This document shows positions 36,119 to 43,676 of a DNA stretch of 64,000 nt, in pieces (the stretch's first letter is position 1; each line of letters opens with the position of its first letter). The notes beneath the pieces are model-generated. The model was not told where the DNA came from, ran no database searches, and saw only the letters and a list, made by a program, of their open reading frames with translations. The position numbers were made by a program, and so were the translations under genes. The stretch covers positions 15,648-79,647 of the forward strand of contig JAJDNC010000061.1 of NCBI GenBank assembly GCA_022340865.1, read 5' to 3'. Source of the stretch: Gemmatimonadota bacterium. GTDB lineage: Bacteria; Gemmatimonadota; Gemmatimonadetes; Longimicrobiales; Gaopeijiaceae.

Positions 36119-38675
36119 CCTCCGCCTGCTTCAGAGCCGCGGTCGCGTGGTCGAACCGCGACGCCAGGTCCGCGATCTCGCGCCCGGTCCGGGCCTCGTC
36201 GCCCGCGCGGATGGCCTCCTTCACCGATGGGAACACCATGGTCGCGTAGCCGTTGTCCTCGTCGGCGACGTACACGAGGTTGCGGAACCAGGAGCGCCCT
36301 ACCAGCCCATGCGGCCGCGTGAGGGCACGCTCGACCCGGAGCAGCGCGGCGTTGGTCTTCTCGAGCGTGCTCCCGGACGGCTCCTTGCCCGCCAGGGCCG
36401 CATCCCGCGTCGCGGCGAAGGACTTCGCCCGGGCCTCCATACGATCGATGGCGGCCGAGAGCGCGCTCGTGTCCAGCGTCCAGCCGTGCTCCGAGAGGGA
36501 CTTGCCGAGAGCCGGGAGGTATCCGCGCATCGTCTTCGCATACTCGACATAGTCGTAGGGGAGCACGTCGGCGTTGGCGATGCGCAGCGCGATGGCCGCC
36601 CCGAGCTGCGCGGCAGCGATGTGCTCTCGGTACCCCGGGTCGCCGAAACGTGACATCCATGCGGGGTCGTCGTACTGCGAGTGGTAGATCCCCTGAGCGC
36701 CGCCGAAGCCCCACTCGAGGATCGGGATGCCCAGGTGGTTGTAGAAGCCGGCGTAGTCGGAGCCGCCGCCCGGGTCGCCCATGCGCGGCTTCTGCCCCTC
36801 GGGCGTGTGCGACTGGGCCATCCACGCGTCCCAGAGCGACCCTTCGTTGGGCGTGTCGGGGGTGTCCGGCGCCGGCACCTCTTCGGCCGCCGAGCGCAGC
36901 ACCGCCCGTAGCGAGGGCGAGCCGCCGCCGCCGAAGGTCGGGCCGGACGCGATCATGTCCTGGTTCAGATAGGCGACGCCGCCCTTCTCCAGCCGCAGCG
37001 AGTCGTCCTCCACGTACTCCACCGAGCCCACCAGCCCCCACTCCTCCGCGTCCCATGTGGCGAAGACCATGGTACGCTTCGGCCGCTTCCCCGCCTTCAG
37101 CTCGTCGGCCACCGCGTGTGCGATCTCCATAACGCTGACCGAGCCGCTCACGTTGTCGTCGGTGCCCGGGCCCCAGGCATCGCGGTGCCCACCGACCACG
37201 ACGATCTCGTCCGGGAACTCGCTGCCCCGTACCACCCCGAAGGTGTCCCAGATGTGCTTGTACGGCGCCGTCTCCTCATCCGTCTTCACCGCGACGCGCG
37301 CCACGACGGGGCCCGGCCCGACGTGGTACCGGAACGGGAGGCCACCCTGCCAGTAGTCGGGGATGTCGGTGCCGCGCACGCCTTCCAGGAGCTCCTGGGC
37401 GTTGCCATAGGAGATCGGGACGACCGGGATGTGCGGGATCACCGAATCGGGGGAGACGCGCGGCGCGTCCTCTTTGCTCGGGTAGCCCGGCGTAGTGGGG
37501 TCGCCATCGACGTTCAGCACGCTGCCGCGCTGGACGCCGAACTTCGGGCGCATGGGGCCCTCGGGGTAGACATCGCCCTGGTCGTAGCCGTCATCGGCCG
37601 GGTCGCTGTAGATGAGGAGCGCCGCCGCGCCGTGCTTCTCCGCCTCGCGCGCCTTGATGCCGCGGAACGAGCGGCCGTAGCGGGCGATCACGATCTTGCC
37701 CTTCACCGACACGCCCAGCGAGTCGAGCTTCGCGTAGTCCCCGATGAGCCCGTAGTTCACGTAGACGACGGGCGCGGTCACGTCCCCCGCCGCGCTACTG
37801 CCGTTCACAGTCGGGTACTGCGGCTCGGCGCTCACCCGGTCGCCCGGCACCGGCGGCTCCGCCAGTGAGAGCTCCTCGGGGTCCGGGCTCACGCGCCAGA
37901 CGTGTACCGCCGTCGCGTGCGGGAGGTAGACCTTGTACGTGCGGTACGAGGTGGACAGACCCCACGCCTTCATGCGCCCGAGCACGGTGTCGCGCGTCAT
38001 CGCCTGTGCCGGCGTGCCGGCCACGTGGATCTCGCTGCTCAAGGCGACGGATTCCGCCCGCGCCTCACCGGTGTCGGGCCGCGTCACCGCGTCCGCCTCG
38101 AGCGCTCGCTCGCGCACCGACGCGGCAGGGGTGTAACCGGGAAGCTGCTGCGCCGCCAGCGGGGCCGCGCAGATCCAGAGCGCCGGCGCCAGCGCCGGCA
38201 GGAGGGAGGATCTCATTCCGATGTCCGTCCAGGTCTTCCCCGCGTCCGTGGACCTGTACATGCCGTCGCCCCAACTGGACGACTGGCCGCGTGGCTCCGA
38301 CTCGCCCATCCCGGCATACACCACGTTGGGATCGCTGGGCGCGACGGCGAGCGCGCCGATGGAGCCCATGCGAATCTGGTTGTCGGACACGTTGTTCCAG
38401 GTGATGCCGGCGTCGGTGGTCTTCCAGATGCCGCCGCCCGTAGCACCCATGTAGAAGGTCTTGGGCTGCTGTGGTATTCCGGTGACGGTGGTTACGCGAC
38501 CCCCGCGGTAGGGGCCGATGCTGCGCCAGTGCAGTCCGCCGAAGAGCGTCGAGTCGAACGTCGAAGCGCCCGTGACCAGCTCGGGCGGTGTCTGGGCGGT
38601 GGCGGACGGGGCCGTCAGGGTCAGCGCGACGACGACGAGGGCGCCGGTCGCGAACGGAATGCGGGCAGATCGCAT
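36105..38675 (-). CDS. M28 family metallopeptidase of the glutamate carboxypeptidase II/transferrin-receptor-like type (PA + M28 + TfR-like dimerisation domains). The ORF is extended at its 5' end by a duplicated sortilin-like gene fragment, and the native start is probably ATG 38216.
   Basis: The PA domain has VVYVNYGLIGDY...GKIVIARYGRSFRGIKAREAEKHGAAALLIYSDP. The M28 metal ligands are GGHRDAWGPGTDDNVSG and ATWDAEEWGLVGS. A C-terminal helical dimerisation-like domain follows. Residues 1-153 of the ORF are near-identical to the N-terminus of the CDS at 57932-61105. Residue 154 onward (MRSSLLPALAPALWICAAPLAAQQ) looks like the peptidase's own signal peptide. Confidence 0.75.
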   Translation of the reverse strand: MRSARIPFATGALVVVALTLTAPSATAQTPPELVTGASTFDSTLFGGLHWRSIGPYRGGRVTTVTGIPQQPKTFYMGATGGGIWKTTDAGITWNNVSDNQIRMGSIGALAVAPSDPNVVYAGMGESEPRGQSSSWGDGMYRSTDAGKTWTDIGMRSSLLPALAPALWICAAPLAAQQLPGYTPAASVRERALEADAVTRPDTGEARAESVALSSEIHVAGTPAQAMTRDTVLGRMKAWGLSTSYRTYKVYLPHATAVHVWRVSPDPEELSLAEPPVPGDRVSAEPQYPTVNGSSAAGDVTAPVVYVNYGLIGDYAKLDSLGVSVKGKIVIARYGRSFRGIKAREAEKHGAAALLIYSDPADDGYDQGDVYPEGPMRPKFGVQRGSVLNVDGDPTTPGYPSKEDAPRVSPDSVIPHIPVVPISYGNAQELLEGVRGTDIPDYWQGGLPFRYHVGPGPVVARVAVKTDEETAPYKHIWDTFGVVRGSEFPDEIVVVGGHRDAWGPGTDDNVSGSVSVMEIAHAVADELKAGKRPKRTMVFATWDAEEWGLVGSVEYVEDDSLRLEKGGVAYLNQDMIASGPTFGGGGSPSLRAVLRSAAEEVPAPDTPDTPNEGSLWDAWMAQSHTPEGQKPRMGDPGGGSDYAGFYNHLGIPILEWGFGGAQGIYHSQYDDPAWMSRFGDPGYREHIAAAQLGAAIALRIANADVLPYDYVEYAKTMRGYLPALGKSLSEHGWTLDTSALSAAIDRMEARAKSFAATRDAALAGKEPSGSTLEKTNAALLRVERALTRPHGLVGRSWFRNLVYVADEDNGYATMVFPSVKEAIRAGDEARTGREIADLASRFDHATAALKQAEDALR

Positions 38676-38754
38676 GGGGAGGGCAGGGGGTGCGAGGCAC
38701 GAGAACCTGGAATCGACGGACCCGATTATACGGCTCGACCACCGGGTGTGCGAG
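38214..38754. repeat. Copy A of a ~540-bp segmental duplication (partner at 60644-61178)
   Basis: Direct base-by-base comparison shows roughly 90% identity across the first ~460 nt of the sortilin-like coding sequence plus ~80 nt of upstream leader, including the shared block GAATCGACGGACCCGATTATACGG. Confidence 0.9.
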
Positions 38755-39143
38755 CCGGTGCCGCCTGCCGTCGGCCAACCCTTCCGAGTGACGGGCGCTG
38801 CCCCTCCTGCTGCACCCGGCGCACGGCCGAGTCGGCGGTCTTCCCACGGCGAGCCTCGAGGAGCTCGAGTTCCCGGGATCCAGCCAGGAGAGCGTCACGT
38901 CGGCCGCTCACCTGAACGAAACGTTCCAGCGGCGCGACGCGCTGTTGCAATGCGTTGCACCGCGCGACGGACGCTTTGAGGACGAATGTCCGCGGAAGTC
39001 GTTGCAGCGTCATGCGTTGTGCACTCGGCGCGGGTTTGGCCCCATCCCTGCTCAGTGGGCTCGCGCGAGACTTCCTCACCAAGTCCGAAGGTGCTGAGAC
39101 ATCGTCACATACTGATGCGGGCCCGGCGCCCGCTGGAGGATAA

Positions 39144-40643
39144 ATGAATACGTTGAGCCGTGTCGGCTTCGCCGGCCTGCTCCTCGGGCTGGCCGCGGGG
39201 CCGATCCACGCCCAGACCAACGGCTTCGAGCTGCAGTGCATGTCGGCTCGGGCGGCGGGGCGCGGATGCGTCACCCGTGCCCAGCCGGATCTTCCCACCT
39301 CGCTCTTTCGTGATCCTGCGGGGATCGCGGTCTTCACGCGTCCCGTCCTGGAGGTGAACGCGGCACCCTTCATGCCGACGCTCACCTTCCAGAACGCCGT
39401 GAACGCCCGTACGGAGGGCGCCCGTCATGCCTACCCGCTCTTTTCCGCGGCGTACGTGGGCCGTCCCATCGGGGAGCGCCTGCACTGGGCGGTGGGGCTC
39501 GAGCCCATCGGCGGCTTCGGCTCCGACTTCAGGCTCCAGAACGCGCTGCTCAGCGGAGCGAGTGGAACGCCCGTCGACTACAAGAGCTTCTTCATGGCGG
39601 TCAAGGTCGGACCCACTCTGGCCTACGAAGTCCTTCCCGGACTCAGCGTCGGCGCGAGCGTGAGCGGAGTCTACGCGCAGATTCGCGAGTTCCAGATGCC
39701 CTTCACCATGGCGCCCTCCTTCGCGCAGGGCATGGCCGCCATCCCGCAGCTCGACCCGGCCGTGTACGGACCGCTCTTCCAGCAGTTCACGGAGATGACG
39801 GCGTACGGGGACTCGAAGGGGTTCGCCGGGCTCACCTGGGCCGCCGACGCGGGCGCGGCGTATCACGCCCCGTCCGGATGGGCGGTGGCGGCATCATGGA
39901 GCCCGAAGCGGACCATCAGGCTGGACGGCGGTACCGCCTCCATCGACATGAGCGCCCAGTTCCAGCAGATGCTGGGAGCAATGGTGGCCGCGCGTGCAGC
40001 GGCGTACAACGAAACCCTGCAAGTGGCCCAGGGCGTGGTCATGGGACAGCTCGCGGCGGCGGGGCTCGACCTCACGGAGGGAATGAGCGCCGTCTACGCC
40101 GCCTCGACCGATCTGACCCTGCCCATGACCATCGGGGCGGGTCTCCACGCTCCCGTCCGGTCCTGGTGGGCCCTTTCCGCCGAGGTGGAGTGGCGCCAGT
40201 GGTCCAGGGCGGAAGCCACCATGCCCTTCCGCCTGACGGGAGGCGACAACACCAACCTGAATCTCCTGGTGAACGGAAGTCCGACGAACGGCTCGTTCGC
40301 CTACCCCTTCCCCTTGAACTGGAAGGACACCTGGTCGTGGAAGGTGGGGAGTGAGTTCACCGTCCCGGGTGGGTACGTGCTCCGGGCCGGATTCCTCTCC
40401 GGGGCGGATCCCGTGCCCGCCAACACGGTCTTCATCGCGTTCCCGGCCATCGCCACCCGAGCGGTCACCCTGGGTGTGGGTACGCAGATCCTCGGCTTCC
40501 CCCTCGACATCGCGTACGTGCACGCGCTCTCCCAGGAGCTCGAGGGGAACTCGGTGCACTCTCTCATGGGGGCGGAGTACGTCGGGAGCCGCACGACCAT
40601 GCGCCAGGATGTCCTGACCCTGGGGACGACGTTCCACTTCTGA
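39144..40643 (+). CDS. FadL/TodX/OMPP1-family outer-membrane hydrophobic-compound transporter
   Basis: It has a signal peptide ending HAQ, alternating beta-strand patterning and a terminal aromatic residue (...TLGTTFHF). A GGAGG SD is present. The family call is made by overall resemblance only. Confidence 0.6.
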   Translation: MNTLSRVGFAGLLLGLAAGPIHAQTNGFELQCMSARAAGRGCVTRAQPDLPTSLFRDPAGIAVFTRPVLEVNAAPFMPTLTFQNAVNARTEGARHAYPLFSAAYVGRPIGERLHWAVGLEPIGGFGSDFRLQNALLSGASGTPVDYKSFFMAVKVGPTLAYEVLPGLSVGASVSGVYAQIREFQMPFTMAPSFAQGMAAIPQLDPAVYGPLFQQFTEMTAYGDSKGFAGLTWAADAGAAYHAPSGWAVAASWSPKRTIRLDGGTASIDMSAQFQQMLGAMVAARAAAYNETLQVAQGVVMGQLAAAGLDLTEGMSAVYAASTDLTLPMTIGAGLHAPVRSWWALSAEVEWRQWSRAEATMPFRLTGGDNTNLNLLVNGSPTNGSFAYPFPLNWKDTWSWKVGSEFTVPGGYVLRAGFLSGADPVPANTVFIAFPAIATRAVTLGVGTQILGFPLDIAYVHALSQELEGNSVHSLMGAEYVGSRTTMRQDVLTLGTTFHF

Positions 40644-40649
40644 GCGCGA

Positions 40650-40691
40650 GCCGGGACGCGTCGCGACAGTGGTTCGTCCGCGCGTCCCGGC
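40650..40691. terminator. Bidirectional hairpin between convergent genes
   Basis: A perfect 11-bp inverted repeat, GCCGGGACGCG (40650-40660) / CGCGTCCCGGC (40681-40691), fills almost the whole gap between the FadL-like stop and the MoaD-like stop. Confidence 0.5.
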
Positions 40692-40692
40692 C

Positions 40693-40920
40693 TCACCCCC
40701 CGCCGAGCGGCGGGAAGAAACCCACGGTATCACCGTCCCGCAAAACCGTGTCCGGCTGCCGGTGGACGTTGTTCACGAAGATCAGCGACGCGCCGCCTTC
40801 GGGGACCCTCAGGCGCTCCATGACACGAGCCACCGTCTCCCCGGGAGCGATGGGAAAAGCACCCGCGTTCTTCGGCTGGAGTGGGGCCAGCGACGCGAAG
40901 CACTTCACGGTGATAGTCAC
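40693..40920 (-). CDS. MoaD/ThiS-family ubiquitin-like sulfur-carrier protein
   Basis: It is 75 aa and ends in the diagnostic ...FFPPLGGG. It has the beta-grasp-like pattern (MTITVKCFASL...DGDTVGFFPP). Confidence 0.8.
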   Translation of the reverse strand: MTITVKCFASLAPLQPKNAGAFPIAPGETVARVMERLRVPEGGASLIFVNNVHRQPDTVLRDGDTVGFFPPLGGG

Positions 40921-40931
40921 GTCGGTCTCCG

Positions 40932-41441
40932 TCAGGCCAGCGTCACGGCCACGAGAACCCAGCCGTCGACCTCCGCCTCCGTACCCGGGCCGTCGAGGGC
41001 GTCTCCGGGCACGAGAAGCGGGCGTTTCGCCAGGGTCTCGGCGAGGTCGGCGAGGGTGCGGTTGAACAGCTTGACGATGACGACGCCCTCCTCGGCGCTC
41101 CCGTCCGTCCCATGGGCCCCGGCGTGGGTGATGCCCTCCCGCATGCGGGCATAGTAGCCGCCCCGGCGCATGGTGGCGCCGGCCAGCCCCGGCATGGCAC
41201 CGGAGAGGGCCAGCACCGCCCCGGGGCGGACTCGCGCGCGGTCGAAATCGTCCACCGGATGGCCGTCCAGGAAGACCGTCTGCAATTGCTCTTCCACATA
41301 GGCAGGGTCGATACCCAGAGTGCGCTGCAGGAACTCCCGCACGCTGGTGCCGGTGCCGTCGGGGATCCCGATCCCCCGCTGCAGCAGGGCCTTGAACGCG
41401 GGCCGCGACAGCGTCACTCGAACGGTGGGTGCCTCGCCCAT
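40932..41441 (-). CDS. Hypothetical protein (169 aa), possibly with an N-terminal beta-grasp-like domain
   Basis: Only the 3' part of listed ORF 40932-42554 is plausible. The start MGEAPTVRVTL is preceded by GAGGAAGGGAG. I recognised no catalytic motif. The segment TVFLDGHPVDDFDRARVRPGAVLALSGAMPG resembles the end of a ThiS/MoaD fold but lacks a terminal GG. Confidence 0.5.
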   Translation of the reverse strand: MGEAPTVRVTLSRPAFKALLQRGIGIPDGTGTSVREFLQRTLGIDPAYVEEQLQTVFLDGHPVDDFDRARVRPGAVLALSGAMPGLAGATMRRGGYYARMREGITHAGAHGTDGSAEEGVVIVKLFNRTLADLAETLAKRPLLVPGDALDGPGTEAEVDGWVLVAVTLA

Positions 41442-41500
41442 CGCTCCCTTCCTCTCCCCGGATTCTTCGAACCCGGTCCTTGCCGGACCCGCCTTCTCCC

Positions 41501-43234
41501 CTACCCGAACACCGAGTCCAGCTCGGCGTCGGATACGTCGAAGGTCACGTTGTGGGGCGCCAACGGCTCCCGCTTGAAGTAGCGGGGCAGACGGTCGTCG
41601 GCGCTGGTGAACCCGGCCCGCTGGTTGAAGTCCCGCTCGAAGGCCAGGATCTTGCTGCCGTAGGCGGCCACGCCGGCGGCGTCGAGGTTCCATCCGTAGT
41701 AGGCGTTCAGCAGGTCCACCAGGGCCTGGAACGTGTCGGGCTGATCCAGCACGGCGAACGCGATGAACAGACACATGCCGGTGGCGTCCACGGCGGCGGT
41801 GGCGATCTGGAGGTTCTTCGACAGCTCGGCCTGCCCCTCCGCCTTCAGCGGGTCCACGTCGCCGCCCACCTTCAGGATGTTGGTGGCCACGGCGTAGCCG
41901 GCGGTGTGATCGGCCCCCATGGGGGAGGTGGCATAGGTGACGCCTATGCCCTTCACTGCGCGAGGATCGTAGGCCGGCATGGCCTGTCCCTTGACGCAGG
42001 GCGCGTGCTCGATGCCGTACACCCGGGCCGTCGTGGCCGTGCCCGAACCGAGGATACGGCCCAGGGGCGTGCCCTTGCCGACCTCGCGCACCAGCTCGAT
42101 GGCGGCCTGGCCGTCGCCGAACTTCGCCACCCCCGCCTCCATCGCGACGGCGATGGTGGCCCCCATCTCGATGGTGTCGAGGCCGTAGTCGTCGTCCAGG
42201 CGGTCCAGCTCGGCGATGACGTCCAGGTCGTCGATGCCGCAGTTGGCTCCGTGAGCCCAGACGGTCTCGTATTCGGGCTGTTTGGTGACGTACCTCCCGT
42301 CCTTGTTCACGAAGGTGCCGGAGCACTGGATGATGCACCCCCGGTGGCAGCCGTGGGTGGCACTCCCACCCCGGGCCACCTCCAGCTCGGCCTGGGTCTC
42401 GCCGCTGATCTTGGAAGCGCCTTCGAACTGGCCGGTGGCGAAGTTGCGAGTCGGCAGCCCCCCGGCCTCGTTGATGACGTTGGTGAGAACGTTGGTGCCG
42501 TAGGCCGGCAGGCCCTCGCCCGTCACCGGATGCTTCTCCAACCCCTCCACCCATGCCTTGCTTGCCGCCTTGAAGGCCTCAGGGTCGGCGGGCTTGCGTG
42601 ATTTCGCACCTTTGGCGTCGATGAGGATGGCCTTGATCCCCTTCGACCCCATGACGGCACCTACCCCCCCACGCCCGGCGTGACGGGTCGGGCGACCCTC
42701 CATGTCGGTGATGCTGACGGTGGAGTTGCCGTATCCCATCTCCCCGGCCGTGCCGATGGCGATCATCGCCCCGGTCTTGTCATACTCGCCCAGGAACTTG
42801 TCCATGAGCTGGTAGTTGGTGGCACGGCGTACGGACGGGTCCGCAGTGATGGTGACCCCGTCCTTGCTGATGCGAACGACGTACAGATCATCGCCCTGAC
42901 GCGCGCCTTCCAGCACGATGGCGGCATAGCCCAGACGGGCCAGGAGCTGCCCCGCCTGGCCCCCGGCGTTGGCCTCCTTGATCCCCCCGGTAAGGGGGCT
43001 CTTGCACCCTACCGAGATGCGGCCACTCATGGACGCGGCGGTTCCGGAGAGGAGTCCCGGCGCGATGACCAGCTTGTTCTCGGGTCCGAGGGGATGGGCG
43101 TCGGCCGGGACCTCGGTGGCTACGATGGCCGAGGTCAGCCCCCGCCCGCCGAGGCCGGCGTAGTCACCCACGGGCGTTGGCGTCGCTTTGGGTCCGCCGG
43201 CCGCTCCAACGTCGATTCTCAGAATCGTGTCCAT
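41501..43234 (-). CDS. Aldehyde:ferredoxin oxidoreductase (AOR) family tungsto/molybdopterin enzyme
   Basis: It has the typical AOR N-terminus MDTILRIDV...GGRGLTS...NKLVIAPGLLSG...GRISVGCKSPLTGGIKEANAGG, and AOR domain 2/3 motifs (DxxGLD: DDYGLDTIE; CxxxC-containing region HGCHRGCIIQC; KGQAMPAYDPR). Confidence 0.85.
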   Translation of the reverse strand: MDTILRIDVGAAGGPKATPTPVGDYAGLGGRGLTSAIVATEVPADAHPLGPENKLVIAPGLLSGTAASMSGRISVGCKSPLTGGIKEANAGGQAGQLLARLGYAAIVLEGARQGDDLYVVRISKDGVTITADPSVRRATNYQLMDKFLGEYDKTGAMIAIGTAGEMGYGNSTVSITDMEGRPTRHAGRGGVGAVMGSKGIKAILIDAKGAKSRKPADPEAFKAASKAWVEGLEKHPVTGEGLPAYGTNVLTNVINEAGGLPTRNFATGQFEGASKISGETQAELEVARGGSATHGCHRGCIIQCSGTFVNKDGRYVTKQPEYETVWAHGANCGIDDLDVIAELDRLDDDYGLDTIEMGATIAVAMEAGVAKFGDGQAAIELVREVGKGTPLGRILGSGTATTARVYGIEHAPCVKGQAMPAYDPRAVKGIGVTYATSPMGADHTAGYAVATNILKVGGDVDPLKAEGQAELSKNLQIATAAVDATGMCLFIAFAVLDQPDTFQALVDLLNAYYGWNLDAAGVAAYGSKILAFERDFNQRAGFTSADDRLPRYFKREPLAPHNVTFDVSDAELDSVFG

Positions 43235-43676
43235 GAGATCTCTCCTGGGATCGCAGCCCTTCCGTTCCCCCTGGACACACGGTCACCCTCACCGTGCGCG
43301 AGACGGAGCGGTTTCCGGTCGCGGTGGTCTGTTGGATTCTCGACGGGATGCGGGAGGGAGATCCAGGCGCAGGGGGACGGCATGCGGGTCCAAGCCATCG
43401 CCGGATTCTCGTCCATCTCAGCCTCCCGGGCACGCCATGGTCGGCGTACCAGAACCCTACGCCACGGCTGCCCGCCCGTCAATCGGATTCGCAGGAGCCC
43501 GCAGCTTAACTACGCTGCGGCATCCTCGCCCACCGTCTGCCCACGATCGGCCCGGCTTGCCGCTCGTCGACCCACGGTCTACCGTGCCCCTCGGGTCAAG
43601 ACGGCGGTTGGACTTCCGATAACAGGTGGCCCGAGAAGCCTGCGTGCGGCGTGGTGCTGCCATGAAGGAGACGTCG

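Noticed and set aside
43235-43676. Moco/Tuco riboswitch upstream of the AOR gene
   Set aside because: This location is where one would be expected. Reading the minus strand, I could not find the conserved CCGAGCC / GCCUGG / AAAGGA arrangement in a convincing order or pairing. I kept only the repeat observation as a finding. It needs an Infernal scan.
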